DNA of 60,484 bases from an uncultured Bacteroidaceae bacterium (GCA_964592815.1 CAZQGE010000002.1:1-60484), one strand, 5' to 3'. Counted from the stretch's first letter, positions 27,816 to 38,501 are shown. Numbers and translations: made by a program. Notes: generated by a model not told the origin, from the letters alone.

Positions 27816-28814
27816 ATGTATAGAAAGGAAATAATCGTTTTAAGCGGAGGAGCAAATAAAGCCGTTGTAAAATTGACAACTTCACTAAATGGAAAAATAA
27901 AGGGAAATTGTAGGACAGAATTTAAGCCAAAAGACTCTATGCTTTATATATTAGGTGAAAACTGCTATGAGATAAAATTGCAAGGCTATGAAACGTCGTT
28001 TGAAATTCCAGATGACGGCAGCGAATATGCGTGTGTACTTTTGTCTGATTTTCCTCCTATGTTTGGAACTGGAAAAGCGCATATTTTGCGTAATGATGCT
28101 ATTTTGCGAGCAGAAATGTTCAGAAAAAATCTTATGCAAGGTCATAATAGCGTAAACAAAGCCGAAAACATAAATTTTGAGCCATCGTTTAGAGAAACCA
28201 GTTCAAACAATATTGAAAAACCTGTGGACGAAAATTATTGCGATAAGCAAAAAAATCATTCTGATGACAAAACAGAGCAAATAGGTGACAAGGCAGACAA
28301 GAATTTTGCAAAAGAGTCTCTAAATAAAAACCGATATAAAAAAGAAGGGCTAGAAGAAAAAACTAGCCAAAATGCAAACTATAAAAAAGGCTCGACGTTT
28401 GCAAAAGACGAGAATGTAAAACATTCGCAAACAGACGAGCGTGAAACGGTTATGGACGTTATGGAAAATTCAACGCAGTACGAGGGCGACAATTTTTACT
28501 ATGCAGTCAAACCTCAGCTTGACGAAATGTTTGTGAGGTATCCCGAAGACGTTGAACTGGATACGGCAATTCCAAATTCACGTTGGATAAGAGTTGATAC
28601 AAAAGATGACTTCTATGTTGTCGGCATCTTGTATGATGATGGCGAACCAGTTTATATATGTTACGGAATTCCAGGCAAATATTCCGAGAAACCATCGGCA
28701 TCGTTAAGCGACGTATGCGTGTGGCTGTCTTTGGATGGAGTTGAACAAAAAACGGCAGAGGACGGTTATTGGGTCATTTATCAATCTGCAAAAGATGGAA
28801 AGATAGTCAAATAA
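27816..28814 (+). CDS. Hypothetical protein: two ordered ends separated by a K/E/N-rich low-complexity centre.
   Basis: 332-aa ORF. RBS-like GGCGAGG upstream. C-terminal block YYAVKPQLDEMFVRYPEDVELDTAIPNSRWIRVD...YVVGILYDDGEPVYICYGIPG. No family recognised. Confidence 0.6.
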   Translation: MYRKEIIVLSGGANKAVVKLTTSLNGKIKGNCRTEFKPKDSMLYILGENCYEIKLQGYETSFEIPDDGSEYACVLLSDFPPMFGTGKAHILRNDAILRAEMFRKNLMQGHNSVNKAENINFEPSFRETSSNNIEKPVDENYCDKQKNHSDDKTEQIGDKADKNFAKESLNKNRYKKEGLEEKTSQNANYKKGSTFAKDENVKHSQTDERETVMDVMENSTQYEGDNFYYAVKPQLDEMFVRYPEDVELDTAIPNSRWIRVDTKDDFYVVGILYDDGEPVYICYGIPGKYSEKPSASLSDVCVWLSLDGVEQKTAEDGYWVIYQSAKDGKIVK

Positions 28815-29216
28815 GTTATGCAACATAATAAAGCCTTAAAAACCGAGTCAATTTGCATCGGAAATTAAACTTATGCAATAGGCAAATATGGAAGTATATA
28901 TTTGTTAGAAATTTTTTAGGAAAAGGAGAAACATTAAGTAAAATCTAACATTGGCAAATTAAGTAGCCTTACACAAAAGCAAAAAATCTTTTTGAAAAAA
29001 GAACTATAATAACTGTCAATTTAATTTATAAAAACAGAAAATGATAAAATGGTATAAACGAAAATAGATTGAAGATAGATTTAACCAAATAAGAAAATTT
29101 GTGTAGAAGAACTCGCTCATATTAGGGCGGGTTTTTCTGTATATACCTAATATATTGTGTCTATAATTTTCCAATCTACAAGACGTAAATATGCAAAAAA
29201 ATATATTGTTTTTTGC

Positions 29217-29245
29217 TTGACATTGCTTTTATAAAATTATATGAT
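29217..29245 (+). promoter_or_regulatory. Strong sigma-A-type promoter of the S10 operon.
   Basis: -35 TTGACA (29217-22), 17-nt spacer, -10 TATGAT (29240-45). Confidence 0.7.
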
Positions 29246-29252
29246 AGTCAAG

Positions 29253-29317
29253 CCGTGTTCTGTGAATGCGGACATTTCGCCGTATTTCGGCGGAAAAAAA
29301 TTATAAGACACACACGG
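29253..29317 (+). promoter_or_regulatory. Structured 5' leader of the S10 operon; candidate r-protein autoregulatory element.
   Basis: Long-range pairing CCGTGT (29253-58) with ACACGG (29312-17) encloses the hairpin TTTCGCCG-tattt-CGGCGGAA (29275-29295). Confidence 0.35.
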
Positions 29318-29346
29318 ATAAGTGTTATAAAGTAGGAGGCTAAATA

Positions 29347-29655
29347 ATGGCTGGACAAAAAATCAGAATCAAGCTCAAAGCGTATGATCACAATCTCATC
29401 GATATTTCTGCTGAAAAAATTGTCGAGACAGTGAAAAAGACAGGCACCAAAGTTTCAGGACCTATCCCACTGCCAACTGAGAAAGAAATCATCACTATTT
29501 TGAGAGCAACCCACAAATATAAGGACTCTCGTGAGCAATTTGAACTCAGAACACACAAGCGTTTGATTGACATCTACAATCCAACAAGCAAAACAGTTGA
29601 CTCTTTGATGAAACTTGACTTGCCTGCTGGTGTTGATATTTCAATCAAACTCTAA
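29347..29655 (+). CDS. rpsJ: 30S ribosomal protein S10.
   Basis: [19 protein letters not shown]... GGAGG RBS. First gene of the S10 operon. Confidence 0.98.
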   Translation: MAGQKIRIKLKAYDHNLIDISAEKIVETVKKTGTKVSGPIPLPTEKEIITILRATHKYKDSREQFELRTHKRLIDIYNPTSKTVDSLMKLDLPAGVDISIKL

Positions 29656-29682
29656 GCGTAATAAAAGGAGGGTGAACTTTAC

Positions 29683-30312
29683 ATGGATAAAGCAATCATC
29701 GGAAAGAAAATCGGCATGAGCCAAATCTTTACAGCCGAGGGCAAAGTTATCCCCGTAACAGTAGTTGAAGCGGGACCTTGCCAAGTCGTACAAGTAAAGA
29801 CAAAAGAAAATGATGGATACGAAGCTGTACAAGTCAGCTTTGGCACTATCAAGGAAACAAGAGTCAACAAACCTGAAACAGGACATTTTAAGAAAGCTGG
29901 TGTTGACGTCAAAAAGTATCTTCGTGAACTTCGTTTCGCAAACTGTGCTAACTATGCGTTGGGACAGGAACTGACCTGCGATATGTTTAAGGAAGGGGAT
30001 AAGATTGACGTAACAGGCACTTCCAAAGGTCACGGCTATTCAGGCGTTATCCAAAGATGGAACCAACATACAGGACCTATGGCACACGGTTCCGGCTACC
30101 ACAGAGGTGTCGGTTCATTGGGTGCAAACTCATCCCCGTCAAGAGTTTTCAAAAACAAACATATGGCAGGACAATGGGGTAGTGAAAAAGTTACGGTTCA
30201 AAATTTGACAGTTGTGCGCGTTGACGCAGCAAGAAATCTCTTGCTCATCAAAGGTGCTGTTCCTGGTCCAAAAGGTGGCTTGGTTGTTGTCAAAGAATCC
30301 ATCAAGGGTTAA
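29683..30312 (+). CDS. rplC: 50S ribosomal protein L3.
   Basis: ...[29 protein letters not shown]... plus operon order. Confidence 0.98.
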   Translation: MDKAIIGKKIGMSQIFTAEGKVIPVTVVEAGPCQVVQVKTKENDGYEAVQVSFGTIKETRVNKPETGHFKKAGVDVKKYLRELRFANCANYALGQELTCDMFKEGDKIDVTGTSKGHGYSGVIQRWNQHTGPMAHGSGYHRGVGSLGANSSPSRVFKNKHMAGQWGSEKVTVQNLTVVRVDAARNLLLIKGAVPGPKGGLVVVKESIKG

Positions 30313-30325
30313 TCGGAGGTAGGAA

Positions 30326-30946
30326 ATGAAACTGAAAGTTTTGAATATGGCGGGTAAGTCTGCCGGAACAATAGAAATCAGCGATTCCGTATTCGGTTTG
30401 GAGTACAACGAAGCACTTGTTCACCAAGTAGTAGTTGCACGACTTGCAAACAACCGTCAAGGTACAATGAGTGCGCTTACAAGACGTGAAGTTCGTGGCG
30501 GTGGCATTAAGCCTTATCGTCAAAAAGGAACAGGACACGCTCGTCAAGGTTCAATCACTGCTCCTAACCATGTTGGTGGCGGTATCGTTTTTGCAAAAAA
30601 ACCTCGTGATTTCTCACAAAAAATCAACAAAAATATGAAGAAAAACGCATTGTATTCCGCGCTTTCTGAAAAAATCCGTCAAGAAGAAATTGTTATCATT
30701 GACAAGTTTGAATTGGCAGAACCAAAAACCAAATTGGTAGCTTCTGCTATTGATGCTCTTAAACTCAACGGAACAGTTATGTTTGTAACTGCCGATTATG
30801 ATGCTTTGGCTTTGAGAGCAAGCAAGAATATGCCTGAAGTTGGTTTGACTGAAAGCAGACAATTGAGTGTGTATGACGTTGTTGCAACAAAGAACATTGT
30901 TATCACCAAGGATGCAATCAAAAAACTTGAGGAGGCAGCACAATGA
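30326..30946 (+). CDS. rplD: 50S ribosomal protein L4.
   Basis: ...RQGTMSALTRREVRGGGIKPYRQKGTGHARQGS... Confidence 0.98.
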   Translation: MKLKVLNMAGKSAGTIEISDSVFGLEYNEALVHQVVVARLANNRQGTMSALTRREVRGGGIKPYRQKGTGHARQGSITAPNHVGGGIVFAKKPRDFSQKINKNMKKNALYSALSEKIRQEEIVIIDKFELAEPKTKLVASAIDALKLNGTVMFVTADYDALALRASKNMPEVGLTESRQLSVYDVVATKNIVITKDAIKKLEEAAQ

Positions 30947-31233
30947 CAGCATACGACATCATTATAGAGCCTATCCTTTCAGAAAAAAGCTATGATGGCA
31001 TTTCTGATAAGAAATACACCTTCAAAGTTCAAAAGACAGCAACTAAGACACAAATCAAAGCAGCTGTTGAACAAATTTTCGGTGTTAAGGTAGAAAAAGT
31101 TAACACAGCAAATTACGACGGAAAGGTCAAAAGAATGGGACGTAACGAAGGCAGAACTTCCTCCTACAAAAAAGCAATCGTCACATTGACCGCCGACAGT
31201 AAAGCAATCGAATTCTTCGAGAGCTTGGCATAA
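30943..31233 (+). CDS. rplW: 50S ribosomal protein L23.
   Basis: ATGA overlap with rplD. ...[11 protein letters not shown]...KYTFKV.... Confidence 0.97.
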   Translation: MTAYDIIIEPILSEKSYDGISDKKYTFKVQKTATKTQIKAAVEQIFGVKVEKVNTANYDGKVKRMGRNEGRTSSYKKAIVTLTADSKAIEFFESLA

Positions 31234-31244
31234 GGAGAATAAAA

Positions 31245-32072
31245 ATGGCTATTAAGAGTTATAAACCTACTTCTCCCGCTCGTCGTTTTATGACGGTATC
31301 TGCCTTTGACGAAATTACTTCAAAAACCCCCGAACGCTCACTTTTGGTGGCATTAAGACACTCGGGTGGCAGAAACGCAACAGGTAGAATTACCGTACGT
31401 CATATCGGTGGCGGCAATAAAAGCAAATATCGTTTAATCGATTTCAAACGCAACAAAGACGGAGTACCCGCAAGAGTTGTTTCAATCGAATACGACCCCA
31501 ACCGTTCAGCTAACATTGCACTTTTGAATTATGCTGACGGTGAAAAGAAATATATTCTCGCACCAGTTGGTCTTACAAAAGGCGATATGGTTGAAAGCGG
31601 TCCTAACGCTGATATTAAAGTTGGAAACTCACTTCCTCTTGAATTTATTCCCGTTGGTACTATGATTCATAATATCGAACTTCAACCTGGAAAGGGCGGA
31701 CAAATTGCAAGAGCAGCAGGAAATGCAGCACAACTTATGGCAAAAGAAGGCAGATATGCTATCGTTCGTATGCCTAGTGGTGAAATGAGATATATTCTTA
31801 TTCAATGCAGAGCTTCAATTGGTCAAGTTGGCAATATCGACCACGAAATCATCCGCGTAGGAAAAGCTGGTAAAGTTCGTCATATGGGCATACGTCCAAC
31901 TGTTCGTGGTGTTGTTATGAACCCTTGCGACCACCCGCACGGCGGTGGCGAAGGCAAATCTCCTATCGGTATGCCTTCACCTGTTACTCCTTGGGGTAAA
32001 CCCACTCTTGGTTACAAGACAAGAAAGAAGAAGAACAGATCAAGCAAGCTTATTATTAAGCGCGTGAACTAA
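31245..32072 (+). CDS. rplB: 50S ribosomal protein L2.
   Basis: [17 protein letters not shown]... and ...[16 protein letters not shown]... Confidence 0.99.
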   Translation: MAIKSYKPTSPARRFMTVSAFDEITSKTPERSLLVALRHSGGRNATGRITVRHIGGGNKSKYRLIDFKRNKDGVPARVVSIEYDPNRSANIALLNYADGEKKYILAPVGLTKGDMVESGPNADIKVGNSLPLEFIPVGTMIHNIELQPGKGGQIARAAGNAAQLMAKEGRYAIVRMPSGEMRYILIQCRASIGQVGNIDHEIIRVGKAGKVRHMGIRPTVRGVVMNPCDHPHGGGEGKSPIGMPSPVTPWGKPTLGYKTRKKKNRSSKLIIKRVN

Positions 32073-32086
32073 TAGGGAGGCGCACA

Positions 32087-32365
32087 ATGAGTAGAAGTAT
32101 TAAAAAAGGACCTTTCGTTGAAGAAAGACTTATGAAAAGAATTATCGCTATGAACGAGAAAGGTGAGAAACGTCCTGTAAAAACTTGGTCACGTTCCTCA
32201 ACAATCTTCCCTGAAATGGTTGGACATACAATCGCAGTTCATGACGGTCGCAAACACGTACCTGTATATGTTACAGAAGACATGGTTGGCTGCAAACTCG
32301 GTGAATTTTCTCCGACACGCACCTTCAAAGGTCACTCTGGTGACAAGACAACCGGCGGTAAATAA
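32087..32365 (+). CDS. rpsS: 30S ribosomal protein S19.
   Basis: [15 protein letters not shown]... and [23 protein letters not shown]. Confidence 0.99.
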   Translation: MSRSIKKGPFVEERLMKRIIAMNEKGEKRPVKTWSRSSTIFPEMVGHTIAVHDGRKHVPVYVTEDMVGCKLGEFSPTRTFKGHSGDKTTGGK

Positions 32366-32374
32366 GGAGGAAAT

Positions 32375-32764
32375 ATGGCTACAAGAAGTAAACAAAAAGC
32401 TTTGAAGCGTAATGCTGAGGCCGATACAAGACCGAGAGCTATCGCAAGATTTGTCAGAATTTCTCCATTCAAAATTAGAGTCGTTCTCGACATCATCAAA
32501 GGTAAATCAGTTAATGAAGCAATAGCAATTTTGGAAAACACTCCCAAAGCAGCAAGCGAAGTTTTGATTAAACTCGTAAACAGCGCAGCGGCAAACGGTG
32601 AGAACAACCAAAACCTTTCAAGAAACGATTTGTTTGTTGCAGAATGTTACGCAAATGAAGGGCCAACACTTAAACGTATCAGTCCAAGAGCTCACGGCAG
32701 AGCATTCCGTATCAACAAAAGAACAAGTCATATCACAGTCATTCTTGACTCTAAAAACGCATAA
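32375..32764 (+). CDS. rplV: 50S ribosomal protein L22.
   Basis: ...[30 protein letters not shown]... Confidence 0.97.
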   Translation: MATRSKQKALKRNAEADTRPRAIARFVRISPFKIRVVLDIIKGKSVNEAIAILENTPKAASEVLIKLVNSAAANGENNQNLSRNDLFVAECYANEGPTLKRISPRAHGRAFRINKRTSHITVILDSKNA

Positions 32765-32775
32765 GGAGGTATACG

Positions 32776-33438
32776 ATGGGACAAAAAGTTAATCCAAACG
32801 GACTTAGAACTGGTATCATCAAAACTTGGGAAGCCAAATGGTATGCCGACAAAAAGCATTTTGCAGACAATTTGATTGAAGATAACAAAATTCGTAAATT
32901 CATCAAAAAGAAATACTATGAAACTGCTATAAGCAAAATCACAATCGAAAGAGCCGCTGACAAAGTTGTTGTTGCAATACACACAGCTCGTCCAGCAATC
33001 TTGATTGGCAAAGCTGGTGCAGGTGTAGAAGAAATTAAGAAAGAAGTTGAAAAGATTGTTGCAGGCAGCAAAAAAGTCAGCATCAACATTATGGAAGTCA
33101 AACATCCAGATGCAGATGCACAACTTGTTGCAGAAGCAATTGCAAAACAACTTGAAAACAGAGCTTCTTTCCGTCGCGCTATGAAACAAGGTATGTTCAG
33201 AGCAATGAAAGCTGGTGCAAAGGGTGTCAAAACTATGGTTTCAGGCAGACTTGACGGCGCAGAAATTGCAAGAAGTGAAAATTACCACGAAGGTTCAATT
33301 CCACTTCAAACCTTGCGTGCAGACATCGATTACGGTGTAGCGACAGCAAACACCACATTTGGCGCAATCGGCGTAAAAGTGTGGATTTACAAAGGTGAAA
33401 TCCTTGGGAAAAATAATTTTGAAGGAGGAAATCAATAA
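32776..33438 (+). CDS. rpsC: 30S ribosomal protein S3.
   Basis: [24 protein letters not shown]... Confidence 0.99.
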   Translation: MGQKVNPNGLRTGIIKTWEAKWYADKKHFADNLIEDNKIRKFIKKKYYETAISKITIERAADKVVVAIHTARPAILIGKAGAGVEEIKKEVEKIVAGSKKVSINIMEVKHPDADAQLVAEAIAKQLENRASFRRAMKQGMFRAMKAGAKGVKTMVSGRLDGAEIARSENYHEGSIPLQTLRADIDYGVATANTTFGAIGVKVWIYKGEILGKNNFEGGNQ

Positions 33439-33872
33439 TGTTGATGCCTAAGCGCGTTAAAAGACGCCGTCAATTCCGTGGCAGAATGAAAGGTAAGGCA
33501 AACAAAGGCAACGTCATCGCATACGGTGAATTTGGTCTTGTTGCCCAAGAGCCCGGCTGGATTACCTCCAATCAAATAGAAGCAGCCCGTGTCGCTATGA
33601 CAAGATATATTCGTCGTGGTGGTCAAGTTTGGGTGGATATATTCCCTCATAAACCTGTCACCAAGAAACCTGCTGAAACTCGTATGGGTAGTGGTAAAGG
33701 TTCACCCGAATATTGGGTAGCAGTTGTAAAACCCGGTCGTGTAATGTTTGAAATTGCAGGTATCGAGGAATCAGTAGCAAGAGAGGCTTTGCGTCTTGCA
33801 GCTCACAAACTTCCAATCAAATGCAAGTTTGTTGCAGCAGCAGATATGAAGGCCGAAGGCGGTGAAGAATGA
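33438..33872 (+). CDS. rplP: 50S ribosomal protein L16.
   Basis: [19 protein letters not shown].... TAATG overlap with rpsC. Confidence 0.99.
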   Translation: MLMPKRVKRRRQFRGRMKGKANKGNVIAYGEFGLVAQEPGWITSNQIEAARVAMTRYIRRGGQVWVDIFPHKPVTKKPAETRMGSGKGSPEYWVAVVKPGRVMFEIAGIEESVAREALRLAAHKLPIKCKFVAAADMKAEGGEE

Positions 33873-34087
33873 AATCGAAACAAGTTTTTGAAATGACAGA
33901 TAAAGAGCTTCAAACAAAGCTCAATGAATTGAAGTCGGAATTGTTTTTCCTTCGCTTCAAAAACGCCACAAACCAACTCACAAACCCTATGGTACTTGTA
34001 GAGACAAGGCGTGATATCGCCCGCATTAAAACCGTTATTCGTCAAAGAGAGTTATCTCAAAATACGAATGCGAATAAGAAGGGCTGA
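33869..34087 (+). CDS. rpmC: 50S ribosomal protein L29.
   Basis: ...[25 protein letters not shown].... ATGA overlap with rplP. Confidence 0.95.
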   Translation: MKSKQVFEMTDKELQTKLNELKSELFFLRFKNATNQLTNPMVLVETRRDIARIKTVIRQRELSQNTNANKKG

Positions 34088-34102
34088 TAATCGGAGGTTA
34101 GT

Positions 34103-34357
34103 ATGGAAAGAAATTTGAGAAAAGAAAGAGTAGGAATTGTAGTTTCTGACAAAATGGACAAAACAATTGTTGTCGCTGTTGCCGAGAAAGTTAAGCATCC
34201 TCTCTATAAGAAAATTGTCAATCGCACTATGAGACTTAAAGCTCACGATGAAAACAATGAATGTGGCATCGGCGATAAAGTGCGTGTTGCAGAAACACGT
34301 CCGCTTTCAAAAGACAAATGCTGGCGTCTCGTTGAAATAATCGAGAAGGCTAAATAA
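34103..34357 (+). CDS. rpsQ: 30S ribosomal protein S17.
   Basis: ...[21 protein letters not shown]...[23 protein letters not shown]... Confidence 0.98.
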   Translation: MERNLRKERVGIVVSDKMDKTIVVAVAEKVKHPLYKKIVNRTMRLKAHDENNECGIGDKVRVAETRPLSKDKCWRLVEIIEKAK

Positions 34358-34367
34358 GGAGGACGCT

Positions 34368-34736
34368 ATGATTCAACCACAAACAAGACTTAAAGTCGCA
34401 GATAACAGCGGCGCTAAGGAAATTATGTGTATCAGAGTTTTGGGCGGCTCTTTCAGAAGAAGCGGAAACATCGGTGATGTTATCGTCGCATCTGTAAAAT
34501 CAGCAATCCCAGGCGGCAAAGTGAAGAAGGGTGACGTTGTCAAAGCTGTTATTGTTCGTACAACTTTTGGTTTGCAACGTGAAGATGGAAGCTATATCAA
34601 GTTTGATGACAACGCAGCAGTTGTTATTGACAACCAAAAGCAACCACAAGGCACCCGTATCTTTGGGCCAATTGCAAGAGAACTTCGTGATAAAGATTAT
34701 ATGAAAATAATCTCTCTCGCACCCGAAGTTTTGTAG
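34368..34736 (+). CDS. rplN: 50S ribosomal protein L14.
   Basis: [27 protein letters not shown]... Confidence 0.99.
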   Translation: MIQPQTRLKVADNSGAKEIMCIRVLGGSFRRSGNIGDVIVASVKSAIPGGKVKKGDVVKAVIVRTTFGLQREDGSYIKFDDNAAVVIDNQKQPQGTRIFGPIARELRDKDYMKIISLAPEVL

Positions 34737-34745
34737 GAGGTCAAT

Positions 34746-35153
34746 ATGGCTAATTTGAATGTAAAAAAAGGTGATAACGTAATGGTTATCACAGGAAAGG
34801 ATAAAGGAAAAGCAGGCAAAGTTTTGGCTGTTGACACCGACAAAAGCAGAGTTTACGTTGAAGGTGTAAATATCATTTCCAAGAGCAAGAAACCAAAGAA
34901 CGCACAAGACAAGGGTGGTATCATCAAACAAGAAGGCACAGTTGCTGTGTCCAACGTTATGCCGATTTGCCCAACTTGTGGAGCAGTTGTCAGAGTTAAA
35001 CACGCAGAAATTAAAGATGCTAAAAACGGTGTTAAATCTGAACGTATTTGCGCAAAATGCGGTGCTTCCTTAGATGCAAAGAAAGCCTCTGCAAAAAAAG
35101 TCGCAAAAAAAGCTGCAAAGAAAAAAGCAGAGAAGTCTGAAAATCAAGACTAG
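34746..35153 (+). CDS. rplX: 50S ribosomal protein L24: Cys4 variant with a Lys/Ala-rich C-terminal extension.
   Basis: KOW core VKKGDNVMVITGKDKGKAGKVL. CPTCG...CAKCG. Tail DAKKASAKKVAKKAAKKKAEKSENQD. 135 aa. Confidence 0.95.
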   Translation: MANLNVKKGDNVMVITGKDKGKAGKVLAVDTDKSRVYVEGVNIISKSKKPKNAQDKGGIIKQEGTVAVSNVMPICPTCGAVVRVKHAEIKDAKNGVKSERICAKCGASLDAKKASAKKVAKKAAKKKAEKSENQD

Positions 35154-35171
35154 TCACACGGAGGTACTATC

Positions 35172-35768
35172 GTGGCAGAGAAAAAGAATCAGGTTGCTAA
35201 GGCAACTGCAACCGATACAAATGCTCAAAGATATAGAATGAAGGCACAATACAAAGAAGAAGTTGCGCCTGCTCTTATCAAGCATTTTGGCTACAAAAAT
35301 ATTAACCAAGTTCCCCGCATTGAAAAGATTGTCCTCAATATGGGCTTAGGTGATTGCAAAGATAACAGCAAATCGTTGAACCTCGCAGTTGACGAATTGA
35401 AACTTATCGCAGGTCAAAAACCTGTTATCACCAAAGCTAAGAAGAGTGTCGCAAACTTTAAGGTCAGAGAAGGAATGAACGTTGGCGCAAAAGTTACGCT
35501 CAGAGGCAACAGAATGTTTGACTTTTTAGATAAGTTCATTTCTATTGCTCTCCCAAGAGTCCGTGACTTCCGTGGCGTTTCATCCAAGTCTTTTGACGGC
35601 AGAGGAAACTATGCTTTGGGTGTTAAGGAACAACTTATTTTCCCAGAAATCGCATACGACCAAATTGAAAAGGTACGCGGTTTCGACATTTGCATTGTAA
35701 CATCTGCAAAAACAGATGAGGAAGCCCGCGAGTTGTTAAGACTTATGGGTATGCCTTTCTCAAAGTAA
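35172..35768 (+). CDS. rplE: 50S ribosomal protein L5, with a GTG start and an N-terminal extension of about 22 aa.
   Basis: GGAGG sits 7 nt before the GTG at 35172. The conserved core starts at [21 protein letters not shown] (ATG 35238), which has no RBS of its own. Confidence 0.93.
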   Translation: MAEKKNQVAKATATDTNAQRYRMKAQYKEEVAPALIKHFGYKNINQVPRIEKIVLNMGLGDCKDNSKSLNLAVDELKLIAGQKPVITKAKKSVANFKVREGMNVGAKVTLRGNRMFDFLDKFISIALPRVRDFRGVSSKSFDGRGNYALGVKEQLIFPEIAYDQIEKVRGFDICIVTSAKTDEEARELLRLMGMPFSK

Positions 35769-35779
35769 GGAGATAATTT

Positions 35780-35965
35780 ATGGCCAAAACATCAATGATA
35801 GAAAAACAAAAAAGACCGCAAAAATTTACTACACGTGAATATACACGTTGCCGTATTTGCGGACGCCCTCACGCTGTGCTTAAAAAATACGGCATTTGCA
35901 GAGTTTGCTTTAGAGAACTTGCCTACAAAGGTCAAATTCCTGGAGTGAAGAAGGCGAGCTGGTAA
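35780..35965 (+). CDS. rpsN: 30S ribosomal protein S14 type Z (zinc-binding, 61 aa).
   Basis: [25 protein letters not shown] Cys4 motif. Confidence 0.98.
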   Translation: MAKTSMIEKQKRPQKFTTREYTRCRICGRPHAVLKKYGICRVCFRELAYKGQIPGVKKASW

Positions 35966-35979
35966 GGAGGCGTAATAAT

Positions 35980-36375
35980 ATGACAGATCCAATTGCAGAT
36001 ATGTTAACAAGAATAAGAAACGCTTTGACTGCGAAACATGAAACCGTTGAGGTTCCAGCTTCAAAAGCAAAGGTTCAAATTGCAGAGATACTCACAAAAG
36101 AAGGCTTTATCAAAGGTTACGAAATTGTTGAGAACGAAGTTCAAAACACAATTCTTATCACTTTGAAATATGCTGCCAACAAAAACCAAAAGGTTTTGAC
36201 GGCTTTGAAGAGAGTATCCACACCTGGTCTTCGTGTTTATGCAAACGTTGATAAACTTCCTAAGGTTTTGAATGGAATGGGTATTGCTATTCTTTCAACA
36301 TCAAAAGGTATTATGACGGATAAACAAGCAAAAGAACAGCACATTGGCGGCGAAGTACTCGCCTACGTTTGGTAA
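35980..36375 (+). CDS. rpsH: 30S ribosomal protein S8.
   Basis: [15 protein letters not shown]... Confidence 0.99.
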   Translation: MTDPIADMLTRIRNALTAKHETVEVPASKAKVQIAEILTKEGFIKGYEIVENEVQNTILITLKYAANKNQKVLTALKRVSTPGLRVYANVDKLPKVLNGMGIAILSTSKGIMTDKQAKEQHIGGEVLAYVW

Positions 36376-36387
36376 GGAGGGGTTATT

Positions 36388-36927
36388 ATGTCTCGTATAG
36401 GCAGAGCTCCTATTGCCATTCCGCAGGGAGTTGAATTCAAAAACAATGATAACGTCATTACCGTAAAAGGACCTTTGGGCGTTTTGACTCAGGACGTAGA
36501 TAAGTCTATAGAGGTTGTTGTCGAAGATAATCACATTTTAGTGAAACGTCATTCCGATGATAAAGAACACCGCGCTTTGCACGGACTTTACCGCGCACTT
36601 ATCAACAATATGGTTGTAGGCGTTACGAAAGGCTTTGAAAAGTCATTGATTGTCAACGGCGTCGGTTACAAACTTTCAGTCAGCGGCAATAAACTTATTA
36701 TGAACATCGGCTTTTCTCACCCCGTTGAGTTTGTAGCTCCAGAAGGAATTGCATTCTCGTTGCCCGCTCCTTTGGAAATTCTCGTAAAGGGAATTGACCG
36801 TCAAAAAGTCGGACAAATTGCAGCGTCGATTAAAGCAGTCAAAAAGATTGAGCCATACCATGGATACGGCATCCGTTATAAAGATGAAGCTGTCATCCAC
36901 AAGGAAGGCAAGACTGCGGGTAAATAG
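36388..36927 (+). CDS. rplF: 50S ribosomal protein L6.
   Basis: MSRIGRAPIAIPQGVEF... Confidence 0.99.
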   Translation: MSRIGRAPIAIPQGVEFKNNDNVITVKGPLGVLTQDVDKSIEVVVEDNHILVKRHSDDKEHRALHGLYRALINNMVVGVTKGFEKSLIVNGVGYKLSVSGNKLIMNIGFSHPVEFVAPEGIAFSLPAPLEILVKGIDRQKVGQIAASIKAVKKIEPYHGYGIRYKDEAVIHKEGKTAGK

Positions 36928-36936
36928 AGGTGAAAT

Positions 36937-37305
36937 ATGATTAGTAAGAAAGATAAGAATGAAGATAGAGTTATTCGCCACGAAAGAGTGAGAAAAAAAG
37001 TTTCAGGAACTGCTGAAATGCCTCGTCTTTGCGTGTACAGAAGCTCAAACCATATCTATGCTCAAATTATTGACGACGTAAAAGGCACGACTCTTTGTTC
37101 TGCTAGCACTTTGGAAAAGGCTCTTATAAAGAAAGCCAATGAAGTTTCCAAGAGCGAAGCTGCAAAACTTGTTGGTGTTGCTATTGCCGAAAAAGCTCAA
37201 AAGCTAGGCATTAAGCAAGTCGTCTTTGACAGAGGCGGTTATCTCTACATTGGTAGAGTTGAAGCCCTTGCAGACGGCGCAAGACAAGCTGGTCTTGACT
37301 TTTAG
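36937..37305 (+). CDS. rplR: 50S ribosomal protein L18.
   Basis: ...[31 protein letters not shown]... Confidence 0.98.
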   Translation: MISKKDKNEDRVIRHERVRKKVSGTAEMPRLCVYRSSNHIYAQIIDDVKGTTLCSASTLEKALIKKANEVSKSEAAKLVGVAIAEKAQKLGIKQVVFDRGGYLYIGRVEALADGARQAGLDF

Positions 37306-37314
37306 GAGGACATT

Positions 37315-37833
37315 ATGGCAGAGCGTGATAATAGAAGAAACGACAGAAACAGAGAAGAAAACGACGGCTTGACCAAAAAGCTCATCGCTGTCAACCGTGT
37401 AACTAAGGTTGTTAAGGGCGGTAGAAATATGCGTTTTGCAGCTTTGGTTGTTGTTGGCGACCAAAACGGCAAAGTCGGTCTTGGTTTGGGTAAGGCAGCC
37501 GAAGTTCCAGAAGCTATCGAAAAAGCAACTCAACTTGCAAAACGTAATATGCAAGACATTGCTTTAAGCGGAACAACCATTCCTCACCAAACAACAGGCA
37601 AATTTGGACGCGGTCAAGTTCTCTTGATTCCAGCTGAAGAAGGTACTGGCGTTATCGCTGGTGGTCCTGTTCGTGCAGTATTGGAAGTTTCAGGTGTTAA
37701 GGATATCAGAACCAAATCTTTGGGCTCAAATAATCCTATAAACTGCGCCAAAGCTACAATCGATGGACTTTGCAGTCTGCGTAGTGCAGAACAAATTGCA
37801 AAACTCCGCGGTGTTGACGTAGTTGAAGGCTAG
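37315..37833 (+). CDS. rpsE: 30S ribosomal protein S5.
   Basis: ...[42 protein letters not shown]... Confidence 0.99.
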   Translation: MAERDNRRNDRNREENDGLTKKLIAVNRVTKVVKGGRNMRFAALVVVGDQNGKVGLGLGKAAEVPEAIEKATQLAKRNMQDIALSGTTIPHQTTGKFGRGQVLLIPAEEGTGVIAGGPVRAVLEVSGVKDIRTKSLGSNNPINCAKATIDGLCSLRSAEQIAKLRGVDVVEG

Positions 37834-37842
37834 GAGGATATT

Positions 37843-38043
37843 ATGGCAGCTAAAAAAGAAGAAGCAAAAATGATAAAAGTAACTCTTACAAAAAGCACAA
37901 TTTCTTGCCTTAAAAACCAAAAAGCTACAGTTGAAGCTCTTGGTCTTAAAAAAGTTGGTTCAAGCAACACATTTAAGGATGACGTTGTTGTAAGAGGAAT
38001 GATAAACAAAGTTTCTCACCTTGTTAAGGTTGAGGAAATTTAA
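37843..38043 (+). CDS. rpmD: 50S ribosomal protein L30, with a short N-terminal extension.
   Basis: ...[27 protein letters not shown]...[20 protein letters not shown] before the first ATG. Confidence 0.95.
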   Translation: MAAKKEEAKMIKVTLTKSTISCLKNQKATVEALGLKKVGSSNTFKDDVVVRGMINKVSHLVKVEEI

Positions 38044-38054
38044 CGGAGGGCAAA

Positions 38055-38501
38055 ATGAATATTCAAGATATTAAACCAGCCGAGGGCGCAAAGTCCGATG
38101 TTAAAAGAATAGGTCGTGGTATTGGTTCAGGCACAGGCAAAACCTCTACTCGCGGTCACAAAGGACAATGGGCAAGAAGTGGTGGCGGTGTTCGTCCTAA
38201 CTTTGAAGGCGGTCAAATGCCTATGACAAGAAGACTCCCCAAAAGAGGCTTCAACAACAAGCAATTTGCTCACGTTTATAATGTTGTTAATGTCGAAATT
38301 TTCAATAATTTTGAAAATGGACAGGTTGTTGGTATTGACGAATTGGTTGCAAGTGGTATTATTAAAGTTGTCGAACCTTATGGTCTTAAAGTCCTTGGCG
38401 ACGGCAATTTGGAAAAGAAACTTACAATCAAGGCTCAAAAGTTCACCACAGCCGCAGTTGAAAAAATTCAAAAGGCAGGCGGCACAGCAGAGGTGCTATA
38501 A
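38055..38501 (+). CDS. rplO: 50S ribosomal protein L15.
   Basis: ...KRIGRGIGSGTGKTSTRGHKGQWARSGGGVRPNFEGGQMP... Confidence 0.98.
   Translation: MNIQDIKPAEGAKSDVKRIGRGIGSGTGKTSTRGHKGQWARSGGGVRPNFEGGQMPMTRRLPKRGFNNKQFAHVYNVVNVEIFNNFENGQVVGIDELVASGIIKVVEPYGLKVLGDGNLEKKLTIKAQKFTTAAVEKIQKAGGTAEVL

Noticed and set aside
34500-35003. 167-aa antisense ORF across rplN/rplX, plus other antisense or overlapping ORFs in the ribosomal cluster (32728-33189, 32916-33230, 29641-30033, 43479-43898, 44548-44931).
   Set aside because: They lie opposite universally conserved r-protein genes and their translations are implausible.
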